Below are positions 1 to 10,591 of a stretch of DNA of 64,000 nt, one piece after another. A program made the position numbers and the translations under genes. Source of the DNA: Clostridia bacterium (GTDB lineage Bacteria; Bacillota; Clostridia; UMGS1883). Numbering within the stretch: the first letter of the stretch is position 1; each line of letters starts with the position of its first letter. The notes below the pieces were generated by a model. It saw only the letters and a list, made by a program, of their open reading frames with translations, searched no databases and had not been told where the DNA came from. The stretch covers positions 2,071-66,070 of the forward strand of contig JAZRFC010000048.1 of the NCBI GenBank assembly GCA_045661145.1, written 5' to 3'.

Positions 1-608
1 CTGTCTATATCAATTGCAAGGTAAATATAGTCGTAGGGGCTTTCCTCGGGCCTGCTTTCACTGTCGAGCAGGCTTCGCGTTTTTCCCGTAGTGCGCACCG
101 TTTCAATGGCGCGGACAACTCTTTTTATATCGTTGGGATGAAGAATTTTTGCCGCTTCGGGGTCTTCCGCAAGGAGAATCTCAAACAAAGCCTCATTCCC
201 GTTTTCCTCTGCATAACGGATAAGCTCATGGGAGAGCTTATCATCCCTCTTGGGCGCAGAAAATGTTGTTGCATAAACCGTATTATCAGCATAAAGTCCC
301 GTGCCGCCAACCATTATGGGGAGCTTACCCCGATTATGTATGTCGCGGATTATACCATGTGCCATAGAACAGTATCTTTCTACGCTGAATTCCTCCCACG
401 GCTCCGCCACGTCAATCATATGGTGGGGTATGTTTCCCGTTTCTTCCTTTGTGGGTTTTGCCGTGCCTATGGATAGGTTTTTGTAAACTTGCATTGAGTC
501 GCAGGAGATAACCTCACCGTCAAATTTTTCGGCTAAGGCTATTCCAAGCCCCGTCTTTCCCGAGGCTGTTGCACCTGCAACTATTACAAGGGGTATCTTT
601 TTTGTCAT
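1..608 (-). CDS. miaA: tRNA dimethylallyltransferase MiaA, C-terminus cut by the window edge
   Basis: Manual translation from ATG (complement of 606-608) gives MTKKIPLVIVAGATASGKTGLGIALAEKF... The P-loop GATASGKT plus DSMQVYK..IGTAKP and GGTGLY motifs are typical of MiaA. It lies 13 nt downstream of mutL. Confidence 0.9.
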   Translation of the reverse strand, partial: MTKKIPLVIVAGATASGKTGLGIALAEKFDGEVISCDSMQVYKNLSIGTAKPTKEETGNIPHHMIDVAEPWEEFSVERYCSMAHGIIRDIHNRGKLPIMVGGTGLYADNTVYATTFSAPKRDDKLSHELIRYAEENGNEALFEILLAEDPEAAKILHPNDIKRVVRAIETVRTTGKTRSLLDSESRPEESPYDYIYLAIDID

Positions 609-621
609 AGCCATACCCCCG

Positions 622-2529
622 TCAGACAATTCTGCCAAACATTTTCTCTATCTGGTAACGGGTAAGCTTTACTGTAATAGGTCTTCCGTGGGGGCAGGTT
701 GTAATGCCTTCAAGAGAAGATGCCTCAGCGTAAAGTTTTTCAAGCTCGGGAAGAGAAAGCTTCTGATGTGCTTTAATGGCACTTCGGCAGGCAATTGTGT
801 AAATTGCCTTGTCAAGCATTGCACAAATCTCTCCCGGCTCGCCTCCTGCCAGAACACCAAGTATTTCGATAAACAATCCCTCGCCCTCGTGGAAAGGGCA
901 GTCAGAGGGAAGAGAACGCAATACTACGCTGTTTGTCCCGAAATCCTCAACCTGAAACCCCATAGAGAGAAGAAGCTCGCTTTGTTCAAGAGAAAGTGTC
1001 TTTTCCTCGGGAGTAAGGTTTACGGTAATTGGCATCAGCAAAAGCTGAGTATCTGTCCTATATCCGCTTCTGCGGATTTCCTCGTAACGGATTCTTTCGT
1101 GGGCGGCGTGTTGGTCCATCAGGAAAAATTCGCCGTCGCCCTCCGCAAGTATATATGTGTCGAAAAGCTGACCGATAATTTTCACATCGCAAGTGGTATC
1201 GGGTTTCTTTTGGGCTCGTGCTTTTTCAATAGCTTCCTGAATTTCCTTAGAAAAATCAATTTTCCTCTCTTTTTCCACAGGCGGTGCAGGTTTTATATTC
1301 TGTACTCCCTCAATCTCTCTTACCGGAAGCTTGCCGTCAAATGAACTTACTTCTTCGCGAATCTGATTTTGGGTAAGAATCCTGGGTTTGGGAGGTTCCT
1401 TTGGGGGAGTGTAGGGGGTAAATGCCGACTTTATCACCTCTGCCTTGGGCTTGGTGAAGGAAATCTGCTCGGCATTTTTTATGGTAACGGGCATCTTGAA
1501 TGCTTCCTTGTTCTTAAAAACGCCCACATCTCTCGGTGCGGCAACTTCTGTAAGTGCATTTTTTACAGCCCAATAAGCCGCCTCGTACACCTCCTGCTCG
1601 GAAGCAAATTTAACCTCTGTTTTACCGGGATGTACATTCACATCCACAAGGGCGGGGTCTATTTCCACGTTCAGTATACATACGGGGAATCTTCCTACCA
1701 TAAGTTCGTTCTTGTAGGCCTCGCTTACAGCGGCAAGAAGTGTTTTGTTTACCACAAATCTGCCATTTATAAAGATTACCTGCATCAGTCTGTTCGGCCT
1801 TGAAAGGTTGTTTTTGCCCGTCAGACCGAAAACACGGATACCGTTTTTTGTGTAGTCAACCAAAGCGGTGGAATTTGCTATATCCTTGCCGTAAACCGAG
1901 TGAACAGCGTTTTTCAGGGTGTTATCTCCCGGAGAGAAAAGCACGTCCTTGCCGTCACGGATAAGACGGATTGAAACATCGGGATGGCTGAGTGCCTGCT
2001 TATTGCAGACATCTGTTACGGCAGAAGCTTCAACGGAATCCTTTTTCAAAAACTTCATTCTCGCAGGGGTGTTGAAGAAAAGGTTTTTCACAATTATTGT
2101 TGTTCCGTCTGGACAGCCTGCACCCTCGAAAAGCTTTTCCTCTCCGCCCTCAACCACTACATGGGTACCCTCGTCGGAAGTGCGTTGCTTTGTAAAAAGC
2201 TCCGTACGGCTCACTGCTGCAATGGAACAAAGTGCCTCTCCACGGAAACCGAGGGTGGCAATATGCTCTAAATCCTTGTCAGTTTTTATCTTGCTTGTGG
2301 CGTGGCGTAAAAATGCTGTACGGGCATCTTCTTTATCCATACCGCTGCCGTTGTCGGCAACTCGCATATATGTGCTGCCACCGTCTTTGATTTCAACGGT
2401 GACGGTTGTAGCACCTGCATCAATGGCATTTTCCACCAGCTCTTTTATAACGCTGGCAGGTCGTTCTACAACTTCACCTGCCGCAATTTTTTCAGCAGTA
2501 AATTTGTCAAGTACATTAATTTTTCCCAT
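622..2529 (-). CDS. mutL: DNA mismatch repair protein MutL
   Basis: 635 aa ORF. The N-terminal GHKL ATPase motifs (IAAGEVVERPASVIKELVENAIDAG, DNGSGM, GFRGEAL) and the C-terminal dimerisation region are present. Confidence 0.95.
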   Translation of the reverse strand: MGKINVLDKFTAEKIAAGEVVERPASVIKELVENAIDAGATTVTVEIKDGGSTYMRVADNGSGMDKEDARTAFLRHATSKIKTDKDLEHIATLGFRGEALCSIAAVSRTELFTKQRTSDEGTHVVVEGGEEKLFEGAGCPDGTTIIVKNLFFNTPARMKFLKKDSVEASAVTDVCNKQALSHPDVSIRLIRDGKDVLFSPGDNTLKNAVHSVYGKDIANSTALVDYTKNGIRVFGLTGKNNLSRPNRLMQVIFINGRFVVNKTLLAAVSEAYKNELMVGRFPVCILNVEIDPALVDVNVHPGKTEVKFASEQEVYEAAYWAVKNALTEVAAPRDVGVFKNKEAFKMPVTIKNAEQISFTKPKAEVIKSAFTPYTPPKEPPKPRILTQNQIREEVSSFDGKLPVREIEGVQNIKPAPPVEKERKIDFSKEIQEAIEKARAQKKPDTTCDVKIIGQLFDTYILAEGDGEFFLMDQHAAHERIRYEEIRRSGYRTDTQLLLMPITVNLTPEEKTLSLEQSELLLSMGFQVEDFGTNSVVLRSLPSDCPFHEGEGLFIEILGVLAGGEPGEICAMLDKAIYTIACRSAIKAHQKLSLPELEKLYAEASSLEGITTCPHGRPITVKLTRYQIEKMFGRIV

Positions 2530-2564
2530 GGAAAGCCTCCTTTCCCGAATGATTGGTTTAAATG

Positions 2565-5159
2565 TTATATAAGTTTCTGTAATTCGTAGAGCTTATTCAT
2601 TGCTTCTATCGGAGTAAGGGTGGTTACGTCAATAGCCCTAAGTGCTTCCACAACTTTGCTGTTTTCCATATCGGCAAAGCCTATCTGCATGGAAGCATCA
2701 TCTTTTTCAGATATATCTGCGGCAATTTTTCCGCCTGTTTCACTTGCACGGGTATTTCCCTCAACAGAAGCCAAAACTTCCTTTGCTCTTTTGATAACGC
2801 TTTCGGGAACACCTGCAAGCTTGGCAACCTCAATACCGAAGCTATCGTCTGTGCCGCCACGGACAATTCTTCTGAGGAATGTGATGTCGTCTCCCCTCTT
2901 TTTGCAGGCAGTGTTATAATTCACAACTCCCGAAAGAGTGCCCTCAAGTGCAGTAAGCTCGTGATAATGTGTGGCAAACAGTGTTTTTGCCCCTACTTTT
3001 TTTGCAATATGTTCAATAACTGCCCAGGCAATGGAAAGCCCGTCAAAGGTGCTTGTACCTCTGCCTATTTCGTCAAGAATACAAAGGCTCTTCTTCGTAG
3101 CGTTTTTAAGGATATAGCTGACCTCGTTCATTTCCAGCATAAATGTACTCTGTCCCGAAGCAAGGTCGTCGGAAGCACCGATTCTTGTAAATATCTTGTC
3201 AATAATTCCGCACTCTGCACTCTGCGCAGGAACGAAAGAGCCAATCTGTGCCATAAGGACAATGAGTGCCGTCTGGCGCATATATGTTGATTTACCTGCC
3301 ATGTTAGGGCCGGTAATAACTGACATTCTGTTATCCTTGCAGTCAAGGATTGTATCATTGGGAACGAAAAGACTGTCGGAGAGAACCTTTTCCACAACGG
3401 GATGTCTGCCCTCTTTTATTACAAGCTTGTCCGAAAGGTTAACCTCGGGCTTTTTGTAGCCGTTTTTAACAGCCGCCTCTGCAAGGGAATAGATAGTATC
3501 TGTTACGGCAATAGCGTGGGCTGTTTTTTCAATTCGTTCCATATGCTCGCAGATTCTCTCGCGGATACGTTGAAATTCCTCATACTCAAGCTGAACAAGT
3601 TTTTCGCTTGCACCGAGGACACTGCTCTCAATATCTTTAAGCTCTGCCGTGATAAACCTCTCTCCGTTGGTGAGAGTCTGCTTTCTCATATAATCATCGG
3701 GTACCTTTGAAAGCTGAGAGGTTGAAACCTCAATAAAGTAACCGAAAACCTTGTTGAATTTAACCTTTAAGGTTTTGATTCCCGTTCTTTCGCGCTCTCT
3801 CGCTTCAAGCTCTGCAATGAAATTACTTCCACCCCGGGTGATACTTCTGAGTCTATCAATCTCTTCAAGGAAACCGTCGCGGATAATGTTACCCTCGCGA
3901 AGTGTTATGGGAGGCTCAGGATTAATAGCCCTCTCGAGCAAATCTCTCAAATCTTCAAGGGTGTCAAGGTTTGCCGCCTGAACACTTAAAATAGTGCTTC
4001 TCGTTCTGCACAGAATTTTGTGCAGAAATGGAAGCCGGGCAAAGGACACACACAAGGATGCAAGGTCACGGGCATTTGCCGTTCCGACACTCAGTCGGCT
4101 CATAAGCCTTTCAATATCGTTTACACCTGTAAGTGCATCGGAAAGGTCATCACGAATGTCCATTGCGGATACCAATTCCTCAACGCCGGAAAGACGGTTG
4201 TTAACAGATGCCGCATTTACCAAGGGGCGTAAAATCCATTGCTTGAGCATTCTCGTACCCATGGATGTCTTTGTATTGTCAAGCACCCAGAAAAGACTGC
4301 CACGCTTGGATTTGTCCCGCATTGTTTCAACGAGTTCAAGATTTCTTACCGTTGCGGCATCGAGGTCCACAAACTCTTGAGAAGTGTAAATATCCATTGT
4401 GTGGATATGTGCCATTTTTGCTTTCTGTGTTTCTAAAATGTACTGAATGAGTGCAGTTGCGGAAACCCTGAGAAGTCTGTCGGAAATATCATTACTGTTT
4501 TTAAGCTGTGATGCCAAAAGCTCACGTGATTCTTTTTCCGCGTCCTCAAAATCGTATGTAAAGGTGAGAGCATCTGTACGGCTCTCGATATACTCTGTGA
4601 TTTTCTTATTCTGAAAGGAGTTTCCTCCAAGGGCAATTTCAACAGGGGAGAAGCGAGCAAGCTCGTTTATAAGCTTGTCGCAGGTAATATCGTCATAAAG
4701 GGTTGTTCCCAAAAGCTCGCCTGTTGAAACATCCACAAATGACACACCGCAATCGTTGCCGATTCGGCAAACGGATGCCATATAATTTGTCTTTCGGGAG
4801 TTAAGGAGTGAATCATCAAGAATTGTGCCGGGTGTGACAATACGGATAATGTCACGCTTTACAATTCCCTTGACCGACCTGGGGTCTTCCATCTGCTCGC
4901 AGATGGCAACCTTGTGCCCCTTGGCAACGAGTCTTGCAATATATGTGTCCGCCGCATGGAAAGGGACACCGCACATGGGAGCACGCTCCTCCTGACCGCA
5001 GTCACGGCCCGTGAGGGTGATTTCAAGGTCCCTGGAAGCCACAATTGCATCTTCAAAGAACATTTCATAAAAATCGCCCAGCCTGAACATCAGGATAGTG
5101 TCAGGGCACTTTTTCTTTATTTCCATGTATTGCTTCATCATTGGAGTAAGCTCTGCCAT
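2565..5159 (-). CDS. mutS: DNA mismatch repair protein MutS
   Basis: 864 aa ORF starting MAELTPMMKQYMEIKKK...FRLGDFYEMF. Walker A GPNMAGKST and DEIGRGTSTFDG are present. Confidence 0.96.
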   Translation of the reverse strand: MAELTPMMKQYMEIKKKCPDTILMFRLGDFYEMFFEDAIVASRDLEITLTGRDCGQEERAPMCGVPFHAADTYIARLVAKGHKVAICEQMEDPRSVKGIVKRDIIRIVTPGTILDDSLLNSRKTNYMASVCRIGNDCGVSFVDVSTGELLGTTLYDDITCDKLINELARFSPVEIALGGNSFQNKKITEYIESRTDALTFTYDFEDAEKESRELLASQLKNSNDISDRLLRVSATALIQYILETQKAKMAHIHTMDIYTSQEFVDLDAATVRNLELVETMRDKSKRGSLFWVLDNTKTSMGTRMLKQWILRPLVNAASVNNRLSGVEELVSAMDIRDDLSDALTGVNDIERLMSRLSVGTANARDLASLCVSFARLPFLHKILCRTRSTILSVQAANLDTLEDLRDLLERAINPEPPITLREGNIIRDGFLEEIDRLRSITRGGSNFIAELEARERERTGIKTLKVKFNKVFGYFIEVSTSQLSKVPDDYMRKQTLTNGERFITAELKDIESSVLGASEKLVQLEYEEFQRIRERICEHMERIEKTAHAIAVTDTIYSLAEAAVKNGYKKPEVNLSDKLVIKEGRHPVVEKVLSDSLFVPNDTILDCKDNRMSVITGPNMAGKSTYMRQTALIVLMAQIGSFVPAQSAECGIIDKIFTRIGASDDLASGQSTFMLEMNEVSYILKNATKKSLCILDEIGRGTSTFDGLSIAWAVIEHIAKKVGAKTLFATHYHELTALEGTLSGVVNYNTACKKRGDDITFLRRIVRGGTDDSFGIEVAKLAGVPESVIKRAKEVLASVEGNTRASETGGKIAADISEKDDASMQIGFADMENSKVVEALRAIDVTTLTPIEAMNKLYELQKLI

Positions 5160-5201
5160 GGGTTTTCCTCCTTAGTAGTAAATTACAAAAGGCTGACTTT
5201 G

Positions 5202-5591
5202 TTAGCCGCAACTTGAACAAGAAGAGCAATTTCCTGTGCAACCGCCGGGGATTTTACCTGTAATGTGGAATGAAAGAATGTTGTTCATCTGGTCAATTAC
5301 TGCCTGAAATGTTCTCTGTGCATTGATGTATGCAGTAATTGTGTCGTTTGTTGTCATTTTGGAATAAGCCTCTTCAAGCTCCTCGCGGATTTCGGCAATT
5401 CTTTCTTCGGAAACATCGCCTTTCTGAATTTCTGCGCCAAGGCGTGTTCTTACATCGCTGTATTCCTTGAGAAGAGCAAGTGCTTCTTCGTCGTTTTCCT
5501 GCTTAAGCTCTGCCGCTTTAAGTTCTTTGTACTCTTTGCTCTCAATGATTGCTTCACCGAGCTCTCTTGCTTTTTCAAAAATTTCTGCCAT
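5202..5591 (-). CDS. YlbF/YmcA-family (UPF0342-like) helical protein with a Cys-rich C-terminal tail
   Basis: 129 aa, helical, with a YlbF-like N-terminus (AxELGxAIxESxEYxxLKxAE). It ends in GGCTGNCSSCSSCG and lies between miaB and mutS. Confidence 0.7.
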   Translation of the reverse strand: MAEIFEKARELGEAIIESKEYKELKAAELKQENDEEALALLKEYSDVRTRLGAEIQKGDVSEERIAEIREELEEAYSKMTTNDTITAYINAQRTFQAVIDQMNNILSFHITGKIPGGCTGNCSSCSSCG

Positions 5592-5619
5592 TTTTAGTTA
5601 CCGTCCTTTTATATAAATT

Positions 5620-7029
5620 TTATTTTAATTCTCCATACAAAATCCAAGTTTGCGCTTTTGTGATATGCACATCGATGATTTTTCCCACAAGGGAAAAATC
5701 ACCCTTGAAATTTACTATCTTGTTGGCATAGTTTCTGCCCGTCATCATATCAGGGTCAGTTTTGCTCTGCCCCTCTACAAGGATTTTTTCAATATTGCCC
5801 TCATGCCGCAGATTAAGCTTGTAACTTATCTCGTTCTGCTTGTCAAGGAGTGTGCGGAATCTTTTGTCAATTACCTCCTTGGTGGAAACATTTTCCCACT
5901 CTGCCGCTTTAGTACCCTCTCTGGGGGAGTAGATGAATGAGAAAATAGAATCAAATCCAACCTCGCTGAGAATAGAGAGCGTGTCCTCAAAATCCTTGTC
6001 CGTTTCTGTGGGGAATCCGACAATAATATCTGTGGTAAGGGAAAGGTCGGGCATAAGCTCCTTTGCCTTTTTAACAATCCCCATATATTTTTCACGGTCA
6101 TAATGTCTGTTCATATCCGAAAGAACCTTGCTGCTTCCAGACTGCAGGGGAAGATGAAGACTCTTGCATATCTTTTCTTCCTGAGCCATTACCCCGAGAA
6201 GCTCCTCGGAAATATCCTTAGGATGGCTGGACATAAAGCGGATTCTTTCAATTCCGTCAATAAGACACACCTTTTTAAGGAGATTTGCAAATCCGTTTTC
6301 CTCGCCACGGTCCTTGCCGTAGGAGTTTACGTTCTGACCAAGGAGCATCACTTCCTTGACACCGCTTTTTGCAAGCATCTCAATTTCGGAGAGGATGTCC
6401 TCTTCCATTCGGCTTCTTTCACGTCCGCGTACGTACGGTACGATGCAGTAGGAACAGAAATTATTACAGCCGTACATAACAGATACAAATGCCTTTGCAC
6501 CGCCGTCGTAATTTACGGGGATTCCCTCACAAATTACTCCCTCGCCCGAAATGTCAATAACCCTTTCCCTGTGCTCCATAACATCGGACAGGAGAGAGGG
6601 GAATTTCCAAAGCACGTGTGTGCCGAAAATAAGGTCCACGTGGCGGTATTTTGACTTAACCCTTTTGGCAATCTGTGGCTGTTGTACCATACAACCGCAG
6701 ATGCCGATTATAAGTGAGGGCTTCCTCGCTTTTACGTGTTTTAATGCACCAAGGTTTCCGTACACCCTCTCGTGGGCGTTTTCACGGATGGCACAGGTGT
6801 TGAAAATTATCACATCTGCCTTTTCTCTGTCATCTGTCAGGTTAAAGCCCATCTCAAGGAGCATTCCCTCGATTCTCTGTGAATCGTTGACATTCTGCTG
6901 ACAGCCATAGGTTTCCACCATCGCGTACTTAGGTTCTCCCGAAAGAGAAGTTTTTATTGAGTTTATATATTCTTTCTGAAGAGCCTTATCCTCAGGAGAG
7001 ATAAATATTTTTTCAGCCAAAAAACTCAT
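5620..7029 (-). CDS. miaB: tRNA (N6-isopentenyl-A37) methylthiotransferase MiaB
   Basis: 469 aa. UPF0004 N-domain (YGCQQNVNDS), radical SAM CxxxCxxC (CNNFCSYC) and a C-terminal TRAM domain. Confidence 0.93.
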   Translation of the reverse strand: MSFLAEKIFISPEDKALQKEYINSIKTSLSGEPKYAMVETYGCQQNVNDSQRIEGMLLEMGFNLTDDREKADVIIFNTCAIRENAHERVYGNLGALKHVKARKPSLIIGICGCMVQQPQIAKRVKSKYRHVDLIFGTHVLWKFPSLLSDVMEHRERVIDISGEGVICEGIPVNYDGGAKAFVSVMYGCNNFCSYCIVPYVRGRERSRMEEDILSEIEMLAKSGVKEVMLLGQNVNSYGKDRGEENGFANLLKKVCLIDGIERIRFMSSHPKDISEELLGVMAQEEKICKSLHLPLQSGSSKVLSDMNRHYDREKYMGIVKKAKELMPDLSLTTDIIVGFPTETDKDFEDTLSILSEVGFDSIFSFIYSPREGTKAAEWENVSTKEVIDKRFRTLLDKQNEISYKLNLRHEGNIEKILVEGQSKTDPDMMTGRNYANKIVNFKGDFSLVGKIIDVHITKAQTWILYGELK

Positions 7030-7073
7030 CCAATCTTTTTATTATAAATGTACACTTTATTATATAATATATA

Positions 7074-7118
7074 ATAAAAAAAGTCAAAGGAAAAACGATG
7101 TTTTCTTTGACTTTTTTC
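7074..7118 (-). terminator. Intrinsic terminator after the M20 dipeptidase gene; flanking A/T runs make it potentially bidirectional
   Basis: Stem AAGTCAAAG (7081-7089) pairs with CTTTGACTT (7105-7113), flanked by an A-run and a T-run. Confidence 0.6.
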
Positions 7119-7124
7119 GCTATA

Positions 7125-8381
7125 TTAGAGTTTTATAATTGCGTCGGAAATTATGTCGAAATTTATATCAATGCTTCTAAAACTCCAGAACTCGTCGGGG
7201 GCGTGCATTGTTTCAGGTTCGTCGGGGAGCATTGCGCCGAATGCAACGCAGTTTTTAAAGGCTTTCGCATAGGTTCCTCCGCCGATTGCAACAGGTTCCA
7301 GAGCCTCTCCCGAATGCTTTCTGTATATGTCTGAAAGTGTAGTTACAAGGTGACTGTCACGGGGAACATAGAGGGGCTTGTCATGAAAGAATATGTCCGC
7401 CGTAAGCCCTTTTTCTTCTGCCGCTTTTTTGATGTTTGAGATAACCTCTTCTCCGTCTGCTGTAATGGGATAGCGGATGTCGTAGCAAAGCTCGCATTTT
7501 GTGCTGTCGGCACAGATTACTGAGGGGTTAACGCTGATTTTTGTCATATCGTCGGCAATATTAATCCCAAGGGCATCAGCCGTGGTAAGAGAACACAGTT
7601 TTGCGAATGTGGAATCGGGATAAAGCGAGGAGATTTTACACGCCAATTTTAAAATTGCATTTTCACCCTTTTCAGGAGTGCTTCCGTGGGCAGATTTACC
7701 CTTTGCATGAAGCTCATTTCCGTCTATAAACGCAGTTGCTTCGTCGGGAACGATATTTATAACTTTGCCACCCTCAAACTTAAAGTCGGGAGCAATATTT
7801 TTTTCAACGCCTGAAATTTTTACACGGAGAAGACCTTTTTCACCGAAAACAACGGGATAATCCGCATCAGGAGAAAAAGCAATTGTGGGAAGCTCTTCTG
7901 TTTCTTTGTATGCCTGCATACATTTCCAGCTCCCAGCTTCTTCATCACCGCCGATTATAAGGCGTACCCTCTTGGAAAGCTCAATTCCACTGTCTTTTAT
8001 GGCTTTCATACAGTAAAGAGCAAGCAGGGCAGGTCCCTTGTTGTCAATTACACCTCTGCCGTAAACTCCGTCGTCGGTTACAGTACACTCGAGAGCAGGA
8101 TAGCTCCAGCCGTCACCCGTTTCAACGGTGTCGGTATGGACAATTATTCCTAGCATTTTATCGCCCTCGCCCATTTCAACAAAGCCACAGTAACCGCCTA
8201 CATTTTTCGTCCTGAATCCAAATCTTTTGCCAATGGACAAAAATTCTTCAATAGCATCGTTTATACCCTTTCCCAAGGGTGCCAAATCGGTCTTTTCACC
8301 GCAGTTTCCGTTAATGCTATTGATTGCAATAAGCTTTTTTAAGTCTTCCAAAAATTCTGTTTTGTTAAGTGTAAATTCCAT
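7125..8381 (-). CDS. M20-family dipeptidase (PepV/Sapep-like)
   Basis: 418 aa with HTDTV, GRGVIDNKGP and GGDEEAGS metal-ligand motifs of M20 peptidases. Confidence 0.85.
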   Translation of the reverse strand: MEFTLNKTEFLEDLKKLIAINSINGNCGEKTDLAPLGKGINDAIEEFLSIGKRFGFRTKNVGGYCGFVEMGEGDKMLGIIVHTDTVETGDGWSYPALECTVTDDGVYGRGVIDNKGPALLALYCMKAIKDSGIELSKRVRLIIGGDEEAGSWKCMQAYKETEELPTIAFSPDADYPVVFGEKGLLRVKISGVEKNIAPDFKFEGGKVINIVPDEATAFIDGNELHAKGKSAHGSTPEKGENAILKLACKISSLYPDSTFAKLCSLTTADALGINIADDMTKISVNPSVICADSTKCELCYDIRYPITADGEEVISNIKKAAEEKGLTADIFFHDKPLYVPRDSHLVTTLSDIYRKHSGEALEPVAIGGGTYAKAFKNCVAFGAMLPDEPETMHAPDEFWSFRSIDINFDIISDAIIKL

Positions 8382-8396
8382 ATTTATTCTCCTAAA

Positions 8397-9557
8397 TCAA
8401 ATATATGACGTTTCTACTGTAATAACCGCATAATAATTTTCGTCAATTTCCGTGATGCATTTTTCAAGCTCTGCAGAAATTTTATCCTTAGCAAAAAATC
8501 TCTCTGCAGGGACAATCAAATCAAAAATTACATTGGTGTGAGTAGGCCCCGGAACAATCCTGAGGTCGTGAACATTCCCCTCAGGACAAACTATGTCCAG
8601 CCTTTTCTGGAGCGTGGTGTAAATTTCTTTCAAAATAGGATTATTAACATCGATGGGGTCCATATGAATAAGTGCTTCGCAGCCAAGCTCTTCGGAAATC
8701 TGTCTTTCCACAAGGTCTGCCGCATCGTGGAGCAGAAAAATCTCCTTGCTTCCGTCAACCTCCATATGAAGAGATACGAAAATCTTGTTGGGACCGTAAT
8801 CGTGTACGACAAGGTCGTGAATCCCTACCGTTTCGGGATTTTGACGAACAATTTCCTCAACTCTTTTCACAAATTCATGGTCGGGAGTGCCTCCAAGCAG
8901 GGGAGAGGAGGTCTTTATGACAGCATCAAGCCCCGATTTTATAATCAGGAGGGAAACAATAACACCGGCAAAACCATCTATCTTAATATTTGTAAAGTGC
9001 ATAACAACAGAGGAAAAAAGGATTGTTGCCGTTGCAATGGCATCGCTTATAGAGTCGGTTGCAACAGCAAAAAGGACAGAAGAGTGTATCTTTTTGCCGC
9101 AATGACGATTGTAGTATGCCATATAAAGCTTAACCAATATGGAAATAACCAATACAACTGCAACATATTTATTAAAAACAAATTCTCCGGGGTGGATAAT
9201 TTTGCTTATTGATGAACGGACAAGCTCGACACCGACAAAAATAATAGCAATGGATATAAACATTCCTGCAATATACTCGATTCTGCCGTGTCCGAAAGGA
9301 TGTTCCTTATCGGCTTTCTGGCCCGAAAGGATGAATCCGAAAAGGCTTATAACAGAAGAGCCTGCATCAGTTAAGTTGTTGAATGCATCGGCGGTTATTG
9401 CAATTGAAGAACTGACAAAACCTATGAAAAGCTTTATCGCAAACAGGAACAGGTTCAAAAATATCCCTGCTCCTCCGCAGACATAACCGTATATAGTTCT
9501 GACTGTTTTTTGGTCGGCATCTTCGGGAAGAAAACGCCCCAGAAGCAGGGATATCAT
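8397..9557 (-). CDS. Cation diffusion facilitator (CDF) family metal efflux transporter
   Basis: 386 aa with six predicted TM segments, ADAFNNLTD and HPFGHGRIEY motifs and a C-terminal cytoplasmic domain. Confidence 0.88.
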   Translation of the reverse strand: MISLLLGRFLPEDADQKTVRTIYGYVCGGAGIFLNLFLFAIKLFIGFVSSSIAITADAFNNLTDAGSSVISLFGFILSGQKADKEHPFGHGRIEYIAGMFISIAIIFVGVELVRSSISKIIHPGEFVFNKYVAVVLVISILVKLYMAYYNRHCGKKIHSSVLFAVATDSISDAIATATILFSSVVMHFTNIKIDGFAGVIVSLLIIKSGLDAVIKTSSPLLGGTPDHEFVKRVEEIVRQNPETVGIHDLVVHDYGPNKIFVSLHMEVDGSKEIFLLHDAADLVERQISEELGCEALIHMDPIDVNNPILKEIYTTLQKRLDIVCPEGNVHDLRIVPGPTHTNVIFDLIVPAERFFAKDKISAELEKCITEIDENYYAVITVETSYI

Positions 9558-9575
9558 ATTATTCCTCCAAATTTT

Positions 9576-10532
9576 TTAGAATGGAAGCATCTCGTATGCT
9601 CTTAAAATAATATATATAACGTAAACGACATATATAACTACGCCGAGGAGTCCCACGGGACGGGAAACCTTGTTTCTTGCCTTGTAGATAAAGAACATAA
9701 GGGCGCTCATACCTATAAGAAGAATGGTGTCAATAACTGCACCGAAATCACAGGTAAGAGGGTGAACAATGCCACTCATACCAAGGATAAAGAGAATGTT
9801 GAATATGTTGGAGCCTACAACATTACCCAAAGCAATTTCGCTTTCACCCTTCTTTGCTGCAACAACACTTGTTACAAGTTCGGGAAGACTTGTTCCCACC
9901 GCAACAATGGTAAGACCGATTAAAAGCTCACTCATATTAAATGCTCTTGCAAAGAATGTTGCGGAATCAACGGTAAGAGTTCCGCCGGCAACGATGCCGA
10001 CAATACCGATTATGATAAAAATAATGCTCTTTAAGGGAGAAAGGGTTTTGTATTCATCAGCACTTTCCTGAGTTCGATTCTTAAGAGCAGAGCGTACAAG
10101 AATGAGAATGTAAACGATAAACAGAACGAAAAGAACAATTGCTTCTGCAACCGAAAGCGTTCTGTCCCACATCATTATAGCTAAAATTACCGCAGAAAGA
10201 ATGCTTAGGGGGAAGTCCCTTTTCATAATTACCTTATCAACAACAAATGGGCAAATAAAAGCAGAAACGCCTACAACACCCAAAAGATTAAAAATATTAG
10301 AGCCAACCACATTGGCAATGGAAAGGTCATAAGCACCTTTGATTGATGCGGAAATACTTACAGCCGCCTCGGGAAGAGAAGTTCCAATAGAAACGATTGT
10401 AAGACCAATTATAACAGCGGGAATCTTAAGCAGTTTCGCAACGGAACTGCTTCCGTCAACAAACAGGTCTGCACCCTTGATAAGAAAGGAAAAACCTAAA
10501 ACTAAAAGGAATAAATTCAATACGTAATCCAT
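9576..10532 (-). CDS. CaCA-family (YrbG-like) cation/Ca2+ antiporter, riboswitch-controlled paralog
   Basis: 318 aa with two alpha-repeats (GTSLPE...GSNIFN, twice). It is highly similar to the ORF at 10762-11715. Confidence 0.88.
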   Translation of the reverse strand: MDYVLNLFLLVLGFSFLIKGADLFVDGSSSVAKLLKIPAVIIGLTIVSIGTSLPEAAVSISASIKGAYDLSIANVVGSNIFNLLGVVGVSAFICPFVVDKVIMKRDFPLSILSAVILAIMMWDRTLSVAEAIVLFVLFIVYILILVRSALKNRTQESADEYKTLSPLKSIIFIIIGIVGIVAGGTLTVDSATFFARAFNMSELLIGLTIVAVGTSLPELVTSVVAAKKGESEIALGNVVGSNIFNILFILGMSGIVHPLTCDFGAVIDTILLIGMSALMFFIYKARNKVSRPVGLLGVVIYVVYVIYIILRAYEMLPF

Positions 10533-10591
10533 AAAAAATCACCTCATAAAAAATTTTTGTGTGGTGAGTCTTTAGTGTATCTCCTTTGCAC

